NCBI GenBank assembly: GCA_009886035.1
Contig: VFJN01000084.1
Span: forward strand, 1-61,011
Length of the DNA stretch: 61,011 nt
Direction: 5' to 3'
From: Actinomycetota bacterium
GTDB lineage: Bacteria; Actinomycetota; Acidimicrobiia; Acidimicrobiales; VFJN01
Positions 18,350 to 28,305 of this stretch are shown here, one piece after another (the stretch's first letter is position 1; each line of letters starts with the position of its first letter). The notes under the pieces were generated by a model that saw only the letters and a list, made by a program, of their open reading frames with translations, was not told the DNA's origin and ran no database searches. Both the position numbers and the translations under genes were made by a program.

Positions 18350-19435
18350 ATGAGATTTCGCAAAACCGTGCCGCCCGTCACCCCCCCGCGTCGGCCCACC
18401 CAGGAACAAGAACCGGCGAGCCCGGAGATCACCGAGATGAGCCCGGGCATCCTGCGCTCGCAACTGCCTATTTCCCTTCCCGGCCTCGGCCACGTGAACT
18501 GCTACTTCCTCGAGGACGAGCGCGGCGTGGCCGTGATCGATCCGGGAATGCCGGGACCGGCATCGTGGCGGGCACTCGTGCACCGTCTCAAGCAGGCGGG
18601 CTACCGCCCCCGGCACGTCCACACGGTGGTGGTGACCCACTCCCATCCGGATCACTTCGGGGGGGCCGGCCGCCTACGCGATGTCTACGGTTCTGAAGTC
18701 ATCACCCACCGCAGTTTCCGCACCTGGTTCGACCCGGCCGATGACGAAGCCCTCCCCACCCCCGCCGGCGAGGCGCCTTCGGTGGGACCATGGGATCATG
18801 CCCTGCCCTGGCGGGATGGCACTACCTTCCGGCCCCCCATGCCTCGCCGGGTCAACATCGGGCTCTACCGGCTGGCGCTCAAACGGTTCATGCGCACGCC
18901 CGCCCCCACCCGTCGGGTCGACGACGCCGAGGTCATTACCCTGGGTCGTCGCCCGTGGGTATCACTCCACACCCCTGGTCATACCAACGACCACCTCTGC
19001 CTCTTCGACCCGGTGGCGGGCATTGTGCTCTCCGGTGATCACGTGCTGCCGACGATCACCCCTCACATCTCCGGGCTCGTGGCCGGGGCCGACCCGTTGA
19101 GCGAATTCTTCGCCTCCCTGGACAAGGTGGCGGCCCTCCACGGGGTGCAACTCGTGCTCCCCGCCCACGGCCAGCCCTTCCAAAACCTCGCCAGCCGAGC
19201 AAACGACATCCGCGCCCATCACCAGGAGCGTCTCGACCGCCTCCGCACCGCTGCCGAGGAGCTGGGGGATGCCAGTGTGGAGGCGTACTCCCACGAGTTG
19301 TTCAAACCTCGTTCGTGGGGACAACTGGCCGAAAGCGAGACGTACGCCCACCTCGAACACCTGCGCATCACCGGCGAGATGGTGAGCCACCACCAGGCCG
19401 GCGCCCTGCACTATCGCCTCATCGAGACCCGCTAG
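18350..19435 (+). CDS. MBL-fold metallo-hydrolase
   Basis: THSHPDH, TPGHT, GDH, PAHG. Confidence 0.9.
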   Translation: MRFRKTVPPVTPPRRPTQEQEPASPEITEMSPGILRSQLPISLPGLGHVNCYFLEDERGVAVIDPGMPGPASWRALVHRLKQAGYRPRHVHTVVVTHSHPDHFGGAGRLRDVYGSEVITHRSFRTWFDPADDEALPTPAGEAPSVGPWDHALPWRDGTTFRPPMPRRVNIGLYRLALKRFMRTPAPTRRVDDAEVITLGRRPWVSLHTPGHTNDHLCLFDPVAGIVLSGDHVLPTITPHISGLVAGADPLSEFFASLDKVAALHGVQLVLPAHGQPFQNLASRANDIRAHHQERLDRLRTAAEELGDASVEAYSHELFKPRSWGQLAESETYAHLEHLRITGEMVSHHQAGALHYRLIETR

Positions 19436-20180
19436 CGACCCCACTCCCCCCGGGGCGAACCTGCGCAGTGGCGGCCAACCGGCCATCCGCCACTACCCAC
19501 AGGCCCAGGCCACCGTCGGCCAGCGGCGCGGTGGATACCTGCACCTCACTGCCTCGCTCGATGGCGGTGCGGTGCTGCACCTCGGCTCGCACCGGCGCCC
19601 GCAGGTCGCGCCGAAGGGCCAGTGCCTCTTCCACGATCTGCCAGTAGACGGCGTTGTTCACATGGTGGAGCACGTCGAAATCAGTGACCCGGAGCGGCCA
19701 GCGGAATGCGCTGGCCCCCGAGGGTGCTACCTCAGGGTGGTCGAGCCGTGCCGTCAACCGTCGGCTACCGGCCGCCTCGCCGTAGATCTTCTCGAATCCC
19801 GCTGGTATGCGGGCTGGTCGGCCGGTGGCTCGATTCAACTTCACCCATGTGGTGGCCGCTTCCAGCACCCCGCCCCGCTCACCGTGCATGCTGATTCTCC
19901 GCTCCGCCCAATGACTCCCCGTACCCGAGCACCAGGTGACCAAGGCCATCGACTCGAGGTAGGCGGGGAAGGACTCCACCACGATCATGGTCTTTCGCAC
20001 CACCCATGCCTCCGCGTCGGGGAGCGCGGCGTCGGCCGTATCGTCGGCCGAGAGGTCCTGGAGAAAGCGGGCCGCACCGTCGAGGCGGAGGCGGCCGGCT
20101 GGGCTCACATCGGCGAGGCGAACTCGACGGGTGCCGGCAAAAACCCGACCCGTAGGGGGGCGCGCCACGAGGTCATCCAT
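19419..20180 (-). CDS. Acyl-ACP thioesterase family protein
   Basis: RRVRLADV, DFDVLHHVNNAVY. Confidence 0.85.
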   Translation of the reverse strand: MDDLVARPPTGRVFAGTRRVRLADVSPAGRLRLDGAARFLQDLSADDTADAALPDAEAWVVRKTMIVVESFPAYLESMALVTWCSGTGSHWAERRISMHGERGGVLEAATTWVKLNRATGRPARIPAGFEKIYGEAAGSRRLTARLDHPEVAPSGASAFRWPLRVTDFDVLHHVNNAVYWQIVEEALALRRDLRAPVRAEVQHRTAIERGSEVQVSTAPLADGGLGLWVVADGRLAATAQVRPGGSGVASGSR

Positions 20181-20222
20181 AGCCCAGGAACGTACCCGTC
20201 TCAGGGGTTTCAGCGGGGCCGG

Positions 20223-20240
20223 CCGATTAATCGGTTGACT
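20223..20240 (+). promoter_or_regulatory. WhiB7-type promoter: AT-rich box 3 nt upstream of -35 TTGACT
   Basis: CCGATTAATCGG-TTGACT; the -10 is not clearly identifiable. Confidence 0.5.
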
Positions 20241-20312
20241 CGCCAGGGCCGGGCGTGGTCCGATGATGGGGCGTAGATTCCCTACGTTCGCTAAGTTTTC
20301 CCCCAGGAGACC

Positions 20313-20573
20313 GTGACCATGTCCGCTCAGACGCACACCACCGCAGGCCGCACGGCCTCCGCCGGTGCCCCGCGCCTGAGTGTTGGCGCGGGCGACTTCG
20401 ATGCCACCGTCAGCACCGCGACCGCCATGTATGCCGGCGCCGTGGTCCATGCGATGGCTGGCGGGAACCACGCCATTTCCTGGACTAAGGGCGCCCTTGC
20501 CAAGCCGAGCACCTGCGTGGTGTTTGACAGCAAGAACCGCCCGACCCGGCCCCTCTCGGAGCTCTCGCTCTAG
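20313..20573 (+). CDS. whiB7/wblC leader uORF (84-86 aa)
   Basis: AGGAGA RBS; stop about 30 nt before the attenuator hairpin. Confidence 0.7.
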   Translation: MTMSAQTHTTAGRTASAGAPRLSVGAGDFDATVSTATAMYAGAVVHAMAGGNHAISWTKGALAKPSTCVVFDSKNRPTRPLSELSL

Positions 20574-20600
20574 CTAAACCACAGCGAGACGCAGCCAACC

Positions 20601-20641
20601 GAGAGGCCACCGGGATTCCAACCCGGTGGCCTTTCTCGTTG
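20601..20641 (+). terminator. Attenuator intrinsic terminator in the whiB7 leader
   Basis: AGGCCACCGGG-ATTCCAA-CCCGGTGGCCT followed by TTCTCGTTG. Confidence 0.8.
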
Positions 20642-20709
20642 CGCCCCGCCCACCGATCTTCCACCCATCCACCGATCCATCCAACCCCACCACGACAAGG
20701 AGCAGGGCG

Positions 20710-21093
20710 ATGTTGCCCCAGCGCTACGACAACAACTTCGACGGTCCTGAAAACCGCGACAGCACCGAAGATCGCCAGTGGTGGGCCCAAGCCCGCTGTA
20801 ACGACTCCGCCGGCACCATGAGCGGGCTGTTCTTCAGCGAAGAACTGCACGACATCTCGACCGCCAAGCGGATCTGTGGACAATGTCCCGTGATGACCCA
20901 ATGCCTTGCCGGGGCGCTCGATCGGCGCGAGCCGTGGGGGGTATGGGGAGGCCAACTGCTGCTGCACGGCAGGGTTCTCACGAGCAAGCGGCGGCGGGGT
21001 CGGCCCCCCACGCTCGCTCGCCCGGAGGACCAGTTCCCGGACATTCCCATCCCGGTCCATCTCCAAAATCGCGTGGTCTACCAGATCGCGTAA
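20710..21093 (+). CDS. whiB7: WhiB7/WblC transcriptional activator
   Basis: Four Cys (C, CxxC, C), EPWGVWGG turn, AT-hook RRRGRPP; AAGGAG RBS. Confidence 0.85.
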   Translation: MLPQRYDNNFDGPENRDSTEDRQWWAQARCNDSAGTMSGLFFSEELHDISTAKRICGQCPVMTQCLAGALDRREPWGVWGGQLLLHGRVLTSKRRRGRPPTLARPEDQFPDIPIPVHLQNRVVYQIA

Positions 21094-21311
21094 CCCCACC
21101 GTCACCGGCAGGGCCAGGCCACGGCGCCAGGCACCGCCGGTGCGAGGTCACCGCCTAGGGGCGGGCCGGGGCAACGGCCGCCAATTCGCACGGGCATTCC
21201 CCCCGTCGTGCGGGTTGTCCGACGACCGACCCCCGGCCTGCCCGCGGTCAACCTGCGTGCGCTCCGGCAGCGACGTGTGCCCCCGGGTGCGACGGCGATA
21301 CCGTCAACGCT

Positions 21312-21884
21312 GTGCCGTCCTCCTCGCGATTGCCCTGGCCCCTCGTGGTGCTCTCCACGGTGCTGGCTCTCTTCGCGGCCGTGGGCACCTACCGGCTCTT
21401 GGACCGACCGGTCCCCCCTGAGCCCACCGTCACCGCCGAGAACAACATCTCCCTTACGCCGGATGAGCCCATCGACCCCGATGACGCCACCTTCACTACC
21501 TTCGACGATCAGACCGTGTCCTTCGCAGCGGTCTACGGCGCTCCGACGGTGGTAAACTTCTTCGCCTCCACCTGCGTCCCGTGTATCACTGAGATGCCAA
21601 TCTTCGAGCAAGTGCACCAGGAACTCGGCGATTCCGTTACCTTCCTGGGCCTAGCGGTAGCGGATCGACCCGAGGATGCCCAGGAACTCGTGACCCAAAC
21701 CGGGGTGTCGTACCGCACCGGCCAGGACCGCGACGGTTCGGTCATCACCGCGCTCGGCGGATCCTTTCTGCCCACCACCGTCTTGCTGGACAGCGACGGC
21801 ACCATCGTGGATGTCCACACGGGCGAGCTAACCGCGGCCGAACTGCGCGCCCTCATCGCCGACAAACTCGGCGTCCCCGGATGA
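21312..21884 (+). CDS. TlpA/ResA-like thiol-disulfide oxidoreductase
   Basis: N-terminal TM; VVNFFASTCVPC..EMP. Confidence 0.88.
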   Translation: MPSSSRLPWPLVVLSTVLALFAAVGTYRLLDRPVPPEPTVTAENNISLTPDEPIDPDDATFTTFDDQTVSFAAVYGAPTVVNFFASTCVPCITEMPIFEQVHQELGDSVTFLGLAVADRPEDAQELVTQTGVSYRTGQDRDGSVITALGGSFLPTTVLLDSDGTIVDVHTGELTAAELRALIADKLGVPG

Positions 21885-22729
21885 TCAACGCTCCCTTGGC
21901 CCTTGCCTTTGCCTCGGGGATGCTCACCATCGTCAACCCCTGTGGCTTTGCCATGCTGCCCGCCTACCTCGGCTACTTCCTCGGGCGCGATGGCGACGAC
22001 CAAAACCTGCGGACCAGCGTCGCCCGATCGGTGGGCGTTGGGCTTTCGGTAGCGGCCGGCTTCCTGTTCGTATTCGGCCTGGTGGGCCTCGCCACTTACC
22101 ACCTGTCGGTTCGTTTCAGCAGCGGCACCCCGTGGGCCACGATGCTCATCGGGGTGGTCCTGGTGGCGGTCGGGGTGACCATGGTGGCGGGCTACCAACC
22201 CAACGTGAACCTGCCCAAACTGCAACGCGGTGGCCGCACTCGTGAAAGCCGTTCGATGTTTGTGTTCGGCGTGTCCTACGCGATTGCTTCGATCTCCTGC
22301 GCCTTTCCCCTCTTCGCCGCCAATGTGGTGGGCACGCTCCGCCGGGAGAATCTGGCCTCGAGCGTGGCGGTGTTTGTGACGTACGCGCTCGGGATGACCC
22401 TCGTGCTGCTGGCCCTCACCGTCAGCCTGGGCATGGCCCGCCAGGGGTTGCTCCAACGTCTCCGTTCTGTTCTCCCCTACGTGACGCGTGCCTCCGGGGC
22501 TCTCCTGGTCCTGGCGGGCGCCTACCTCGTCCACTACGGCTGGTATGAGCGCGGGGTGCAACCCGGTGAAGTGGGACAGCGGTCGCCGTTGGTCGACCGG
22601 GTCACCGGAGTCTCCGACACCATCGCCGACTGGATCTACCGCGTGGGCCCCACCGAACTCGGTCTCGTGTTGGCGGCGGCGCTGGCCTCGCTGTTGATCG
22701 CCACCCTCGGCACCCGGGCTCGCCGTTAA
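21881..22729 (+). CDS. ccdA: CcdA/DsbD-like cytochrome c biogenesis protein
   Basis: NPCGFAMLPAY and SISC cysteines; ATGA coupling. Confidence 0.8.
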   Translation: MINAPLALAFASGMLTIVNPCGFAMLPAYLGYFLGRDGDDQNLRTSVARSVGVGLSVAAGFLFVFGLVGLATYHLSVRFSSGTPWATMLIGVVLVAVGVTMVAGYQPNVNLPKLQRGGRTRESRSMFVFGVSYAIASISCAFPLFAANVVGTLRRENLASSVAVFVTYALGMTLVLLALTVSLGMARQGLLQRLRSVLPYVTRASGALLVLAGAYLVHYGWYERGVQPGEVGQRSPLVDRVTGVSDTIADWIYRVGPTELGLVLAAALASLLIATLGTRARR

Positions 22730-23344
22730 ATGGGACGCTTCGCCGAGTTGCTCGCCCACGACGGTGTCGAAGAAGACATCGAGTTGCGATCAACGTTTGG
22801 CTTTATGGCATTTCATGGCGGCAACCTCGAGGTGGGCACCGACATCGCCGCCCGCGCCGCCGCGGAACAATCCGGTGCCTCGCTCTACGCCGTGCGCCAA
22901 CCCCCCGACCTGCGCTGGCACATCCCCTCCATCGAGGTGACCCCGAACGACTCGCCCGGGTTGGCTCGCTTTCTGCAGCATGTGGATGTGGTGGTGGCAC
23001 TCCACGGCTTCGGGCGCGAAGGGTTCTGGACCACCCTGTTGCTGGGCGGCGGCCACCGCCCCCTCGCCGCCCATCTCGCCACCCATCTGCGGCCGGCCCT
23101 GCCGAGCTACCGCGTGGTGGACGACCTCGACGAGATCCCCCTTGAGCTGCGGGGTGTCCACCGGAACAACCCGGTCAACCTCACTCGGGGCGGCGGGGTA
23201 CAGATCGAACTGCCCCCCCGGGTGCGATCCCACGGGCCGTTCTGGGCCGACCTCCCTGCCGACGCACCGATCCCCCACACCGCGGAGCTCGTCGCGGGCC
23301 TGGTGGCGGCGGCCACGACCTGGCCGCTCTCCCCTACGGGCTGA
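22730..23344 (+). CDS. Poly-gamma-glutamate hydrolase family (PghP/YjqB-like)
   Basis: FHGGNLEVGT, WHIPS, ALHG, NPVN, GVQIEL. Confidence 0.75.
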   Translation: MGRFAELLAHDGVEEDIELRSTFGFMAFHGGNLEVGTDIAARAAAEQSGASLYAVRQPPDLRWHIPSIEVTPNDSPGLARFLQHVDVVVALHGFGREGFWTTLLLGGGHRPLAAHLATHLRPALPSYRVVDDLDEIPLELRGVHRNNPVNLTRGGGVQIELPPRVRSHGPFWADLPADAPIPHTAELVAGLVAAATTWPLSPTG

Positions 23345-23975
23345 GCCGGACGATCCGCCACGCCGCACCGGGGGCGTCGCGCTCATAGCGCAGCCGGTCG
23401 TGCATCCGACTCGGACGTCCTTGCCAGAGTTCGATCGAGTCGGGCACGAGCCGGTAGCCACCCCAGTAGGGCGGGCAGGGTACGACCTGGCCCTCGAAGC
23501 GTTGTTCCGCCTCGGCAAACCGCCCTTCCAGTTCGCCTCGGTCGGTCACCTCGCTCGATTGATGCGAAGCCCAGGCCGCCAACTGGCTCCCCCGGGGTCG
23601 GCCAGCAAAATACGTCTCACTCTCAGCCCGCTCGACCTTGGCAATCGCGCCCCGGGCGTTGACCTGGCGCAGCAAGGGGACCCAACTCGCGAGAATCGTG
23701 CCGACGGGATGGGCATCGAGGTCCTGGCCCTTCCGACTCTCGTAACTCGTGAAGAACGTAAAACCGGAGGCATCGAGCCCGCGCAGCAACACGGTACGAG
23801 CCGAGGCGTGGCCGGCGGCATCGGCGGTCGCCAGGACCACTGCATTCGGTTCGTTGGGGGCCACCGCGGACCACTCATCCCACCAGCGGTGTACCTGCAC
23901 GAACGGGTCGGGGTCGGCGTCACCCACATCGAAGCCGACTGTTTCATATTCCACGCGCTGGGCATCCAGGGTCAT
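23334..23975 (-). CDS. pdxH: Pyridoxamine 5'-phosphate oxidase
   Basis: EPNAVVLAT, SRKG, WASHQS, WGGY, ELWQGRPSRMHDR. Confidence 0.95.
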   Translation of the reverse strand: MTLDAQRVEYETVGFDVGDADPDPFVQVHRWWDEWSAVAPNEPNAVVLATADAAGHASARTVLLRGLDASGFTFFTSYESRKGQDLDAHPVGTILASWVPLLRQVNARGAIAKVERAESETYFAGRPRGSQLAAWASHQSSEVTDRGELEGRFAEAEQRFEGQVVPCPPYWGGYRLVPDSIELWQGRPSRMHDRLRYERDAPGAAWRIVRLSP

Positions 23976-23999
23976 GCCCCAGGATACGGGGGGAGCGGA

Positions 24000-25292
24000 T
24001 CAGCGGCGACCGGTGATCACCTCAACGCCGAGATAGCTCTGCAACGCTTCCACCACGGCGATCGACCCGTTGGGCTGCCGATGGGTTTCGAGGTAGGCCG
24101 CCACGGTGCGGGGCCAGCCCATGGCCGAGCCATTTACCGTATGGCACACCTCGGTACCCTTACCCCCCACCGGCCGGTACCGGATGTTGGCCCGGCGGGC
24201 CTGGTAATCCGAGAACCAGGACACCGAACTGACCTCGAGCCACATGTCGCACCCGGGGGCGTAGGCCTCGATGTCCCAGGTACGCGCCGCCGATGCCCCA
24301 ATATCTCCGGTACAGAGATCGAGGATCCGGTAGGGCAGACCCAGTTCGGTAAGCAGCGCCTCGCTGCGGGCGAGAATGTCTTCCTGGCAGGCCATTGCCT
24401 CCTCGGCCCCGGTGGCCAACGCCAGTAACTCAACTTTGTCGAACTCGTGCACGCGCAAAAGGCCACGCGTGTCTCGGCCCGCTGCCCCTGCCTCCCGCCG
24501 AAAGCACGACGTGTGGGCGGTGTAGCGCAGGGGCAAGTCGGCGCCGTCGAGCACCTCATCCCGATGCATGGAGGTGAGCGGAACCTCCGCCGTGGGGATC
24601 GCCCAAAGATCGTCGCGTTCGATGTGGTACGCCTCGTCGTCGAACTTGGGGAGATGACCGGTGGCGATCATCGTGTCAGTTCGAACCAGGCTCGGCGGAC
24701 GAAGTTCCTCAAAGGCATCCGCGTTGCGGTCGAGGCTGAGTTGCACCATGGCGCGCAACAGCCGCGCGCCCCAGCCGCGGTACATGGTGAACATGGAGCC
24801 AGCGATCTTGGTGGCCCGCTCCCCGTCGAGGATCCCGAGTTGGCTCCCGATGTCCCAGTGCGGAACCCGCTGGTGGTCGCCGTAGGCATCGGGATCGAAC
24901 CCCTCGAGACGCAGCACGATGTTGTCGGCCTCGCCCGCCCCGGTGGGGCAGTCCGGAGACGGCACGTTGGGGGTGCGCAGCAGGAGGTCTCGCATCTCGG
25001 CGGCGAGCTCTGCCACCGAGGCATCGAGGGCCTTCTCCTGCTCACCCAACACCCGGCTCTCCGCCATCAGGGCCTCGGCGCCATCAGCATCACCCTGGGC
25101 CCGTAACCGGCCCACGTCCTTGGACAACGCCTTCACCTGGGCCCGTCGGTCGTCTCGTTCGGTGCCCAGGGATCGCTGACGAATATCGAGATCGATGATG
25201 CGATCCACCGAGGCGGCGGCGTCGCCTCCCCGCTGGGCCAGTCCGGCCCGCAAGACGTCGGGTTCGGAACGGAAGCGGCGAATGTCGAGCAT
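24000..25292 (-). CDS. serS: Serine--tRNA ligase
   Basis: MLDIR, PTAEV, FRREAG, RGLLRVHEF, EVSSVS. Confidence 0.97.
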   Translation of the reverse strand: MLDIRRFRSEPDVLRAGLAQRGGDAAASVDRIIDLDIRQRSLGTERDDRRAQVKALSKDVGRLRAQGDADGAEALMAESRVLGEQEKALDASVAELAAEMRDLLLRTPNVPSPDCPTGAGEADNIVLRLEGFDPDAYGDHQRVPHWDIGSQLGILDGERATKIAGSMFTMYRGWGARLLRAMVQLSLDRNADAFEELRPPSLVRTDTMIATGHLPKFDDEAYHIERDDLWAIPTAEVPLTSMHRDEVLDGADLPLRYTAHTSCFRREAGAAGRDTRGLLRVHEFDKVELLALATGAEEAMACQEDILARSEALLTELGLPYRILDLCTGDIGASAARTWDIEAYAPGCDMWLEVSSVSWFSDYQARRANIRYRPVGGKGTEVCHTVNGSAMGWPRTVAAYLETHRQPNGSIAVVEALQSYLGVEVITGRR

Positions 25293-25356
25293 GACCCCAG
25301 ACGGTAGCGGCGGACCACCGCTAGGTTGGGCTCCTGACCGGAGTAGAGAGGCCGCC

Positions 25357-26574
25357 GTGACTGAGCACATATCTGATGTCTGGTTTCGAGTGACCGACTT
25401 GGAGGTGGTCTCCGGCACAGGGTGCGTGGTGACCACCAGCACCGGCGAGGACTACCTGGACTTTTCCAGCGGCATCGCGGTCACCAGCACCGGCCACTGT
25501 CACCCCCATGTCGTGGCGGCTATCCAAGCCCAGGCCGCCCGGTTCATCCACGCCCAGGTCAACGTCTATCGCCACGATCGGCTGGCCGAGCTGGCGGGGC
25601 GCCTCGCCGCCATCGCCCCGGAGCCGGTCGACACGTTCTTCTTCGCCAACTCCGGGGCCGAGGCCACCGAGGGCGCGGTGAAACTGGCCAAGCAAGCCAC
25701 CGGGCGACCGAATGTGATCGTCTTCCAGGGCAGTTTCCACGGCCGCACCCACCTGACCATGGCGATGACCACCTCCAAGACGATCTACCGGGCCGGCCAT
25801 GACCCCCTACCCAGCGGCGTGTTCGTGGCACCGTTCCCCCACTCCGACGATGACGTCGATCGCTGCCTGGCGGCGGTCCGTCTGCTGCTCGTCAGCCAGA
25901 CCTCCCCCGCCGACACCGCCGCTATGGTGCTGGAACCCGTGCTGGGGGAAGGCGGCTATCTCCCGGCCCCCACTGCCTTCCTGCAGGGTCTGGCGGCGAT
26001 CTGTCAGGAGCACGGGATCCTCTTCGTCGCCGACGAGGTACAGAGCGGATTCGGTCGGACCGGGACCATGTTTTGCATCGAGCAGCACCAGGTGCGCCCC
26101 GACATCATCGTGATGGCTAAGGGCTTGGCCTCGGGCTTCCCGATCTCGGCCATTGGCGCGTCGGCGGAGATCATGGCCCGCTGGCCGCCGGGCAGCCACG
26201 GTGGTACCTACGGCGGTAATCCCATCGGCTGTGCGGCCGCTATCGCCACCATCGATGTGCTCACCGAGCCCGGTTTCCTCGCCCAGGTGGTGGCCCGCGG
26301 TGACCAACTCCGCGCCGGCCTGCGGGCCCTGGCGGCCCACCACCCCGGCATCGTCGACGTGCGGGGTCCGGGCCTGATGGTGGCGAGCGAGTTTGCCGAC
26401 GCCGCCCGGGTCGGTCCCGTGCTCACGCATTGCCTGCGCGAGGGCCACCTGATCCTCATGAACGCCGGAACCTTCGGCAACGTGGTGCGTTGGATGCCTC
26501 CTCTGGTGGTCACCGAAGCCGAAATCGACGAAGCCCTCGCCGCCTTCGGCCGAGCCCTCGCCGCCACCGGATAA
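25357..26574 (+). CDS. Class III PLP aminotransferase (GabT-like)
   Basis: SGAEATE, FHGRT, EPVLGEGG, DEVQSGFGRTG, MAKG. Confidence 0.9.
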   Translation: MTEHISDVWFRVTDLEVVSGTGCVVTTSTGEDYLDFSSGIAVTSTGHCHPHVVAAIQAQAARFIHAQVNVYRHDRLAELAGRLAAIAPEPVDTFFFANSGAEATEGAVKLAKQATGRPNVIVFQGSFHGRTHLTMAMTTSKTIYRAGHDPLPSGVFVAPFPHSDDDVDRCLAAVRLLLVSQTSPADTAAMVLEPVLGEGGYLPAPTAFLQGLAAICQEHGILFVADEVQSGFGRTGTMFCIEQHQVRPDIIVMAKGLASGFPISAIGASAEIMARWPPGSHGGTYGGNPIGCAAAIATIDVLTEPGFLAQVVARGDQLRAGLRALAAHHPGIVDVRGPGLMVASEFADAARVGPVLTHCLREGHLILMNAGTFGNVVRWMPPLVVTEAEIDEALAAFGRALAATG

Positions 26575-26627
26575 CCCTCCTCCCCCCGGCACCGAGATGG
26601 TCTCCCGGGCTGGCTAGCGTGGCCGGT

Positions 26628-27575
26628 ATGGCCGCGGTAGAGGTGCACGAGTTGACCGTGCGCTACGGCGACACCATCGCGGTGGATGGCATCAGCTTCG
26701 AAGCGCAGGCCGGGCAGATAACGGCCATCCTGGGACCAAACGGCGCCGGGAAAACCACCACCGTGGAGGTATTGGAAGGCTTCCGCCGACCCCTGGCTGG
26801 CCGAATCTCCGTGGCCGGCCTCGACCCCATCGCCGACCATGCCGCCCTCACCCGCCGCATGGGTGTGATGCTCCAAAGCGGTGGGGTGGGCCCGGGCGTT
26901 CGGGTGTTGGAAGCGCTACGCCACACCGCCGCCCTTTATGACAACAGCCTCGACCCCCGTACGTTGCTCGAACAGGTGGGCCTCAACGGCACGGAGCATC
27001 GAACGTGGCGACAGATCTCCGGCGGCGAACAACGTCGCTTGGCCCTGGCGCTGGCGCTGGTGGGGCGTCCGCAGGTGGCGTTCCTCGACGAGCCCGGTTC
27101 GGGAGTGGACCCGCAGGGGCGACTAGCCATTCGCGAGGTAGTGGCGGGCCTACGCGACGACGGCGTCACCGTGGTGCTCACCACCCACGATCTCGATGAG
27201 GTGGAGAAACTGGCCGACCATGTCGTGATCCTCGACGGCGGCCGGATTGTGGCGGCGGGGAGCCCGGCGCAGTTGATGACGGCCGGACAATCCGACGAGG
27301 TGCGCTTCGGTGCACCCCCGGGACTCGACGCCACCGCACTCGCTCAGCGAATCGGCGCCCCCGTGCACGAGGGGGCACCGGGCGAATACGTGGTGGCGGC
27401 CCCGGGCACCCCTGCCCTGGTCGCCGCGCTCACCGCCTGGCTGGCCGAGCACGACCTCCCCCTCGCCGACCTACGCGCCGGGCGCCAGCGCCTCGAAGAC
27501 GTGTTCCTTCGCCTCGTGGCCGAAGGGTCCTTCACCCGCCCGGAACCGCGGCGCCGGCGGCGAGGGCGGCGATGA
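26628..27575 (+). CDS. ABC transporter ATP-binding protein (Rv1458c-like)
   Basis: GPNGAGKT, ISGGE, FLDEP. Confidence 0.92.
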   Translation: MAAVEVHELTVRYGDTIAVDGISFEAQAGQITAILGPNGAGKTTTVEVLEGFRRPLAGRISVAGLDPIADHAALTRRMGVMLQSGGVGPGVRVLEALRHTAALYDNSLDPRTLLEQVGLNGTEHRTWRQISGGEQRRLALALALVGRPQVAFLDEPGSGVDPQGRLAIREVVAGLRDDGVTVVLTTHDLDEVEKLADHVVILDGGRIVAAGSPAQLMTAGQSDEVRFGAPPGLDATALAQRIGAPVHEGAPGEYVVAAPGTPALVAALTAWLAEHDLPLADLRAGRQRLEDVFLRLVAEGSFTRPEPRRRRRGRR

Positions 27576-28288
27576 AACCCCTCCTCGCCCACCTGCGCCT
27601 CGAACTCACCCTGATCGCCCGCAACGGCGAGTCGTTGCTCCTCACGCTGGGCATTCCCGTGCTGTTGCTCACGTTCTTCGCCACGGTGGATGTACTGCCG
27701 ATCGACGGCGAGCCGATCAACTTTCTGGCCCCGGGGGTACTGGCGCTGGCCGTGCTGTCGACCTCGCTGGTGAACCTGGCCATCAGTACGGGGTTCGAGC
27801 GCGAGTACGGCGTGCTCAAACGTCTGGGATCCACCCCGCTCGGCCGGCCGCGTCTCCTCGCCGCCAAGACGCTCGCCACCCTGGCGGTGGAGATCGTGCA
27901 GGTGGGAACCCTGTGGATCCTGGCCCTCGCCCTCGGATGGGACCCGAGCGTGAGGGTGGGATTCCTCGCCGCCATGGTCCTCGGCACCATCGGCTGCGCC
28001 GGTCTGGCGTTGTGTCTCGCCGGTTCCCTCAAAGCCCTCGTGACACTGGCCGCCGCTAACGGCCTTTACCTTCTGCTCCTGCTGCTGTCGGGCATGGTCA
28101 TCCCCATTGCCCAGCTCCCCGGTCCGATCCAAGGCATCGCCCGGGCGCTGCCGAGTGGCGCCATGACCGAGGCTGTCCGGGGATCGCTGAGCGCTGGAGG
28201 CTCCGTACCCGGCCGCGCGTGGGCGGCGCTGGTGATCTGGGCTGTCCTCAGCCCGCTCCTGGCTGTCCGTCTCTTTCGCTGGGAATAG
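27572..28288 (+). CDS. ABC-2 permease (Rv1457c-like)
   Basis: RNGESLLL, AISTGFEREYGVLKRLGSTPL, LFRWE. Confidence 0.88.
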   Translation: MKPLLAHLRLELTLIARNGESLLLTLGIPVLLLTFFATVDVLPIDGEPINFLAPGVLALAVLSTSLVNLAISTGFEREYGVLKRLGSTPLGRPRLLAAKTLATLAVEIVQVGTLWILALALGWDPSVRVGFLAAMVLGTIGCAGLALCLAGSLKALVTLAAANGLYLLLLLLSGMVIPIAQLPGPIQGIARALPSGAMTEAVRGSLSAGGSVPGRAWAALVIWAVLSPLLAVRLFRWE

Positions 28289-28305
28289 GCCCCCGGGCCC
28301 CGGGC

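Noticed and set aside
17735-18655. Long N-terminal extension of dut (similar extensions on ctaB, ctaC, thioesterase, clpS and malic enzyme ORFs)
   Set aside because: They overlap real genes; internal starts have a -10 or RBS and family-typical lengths.
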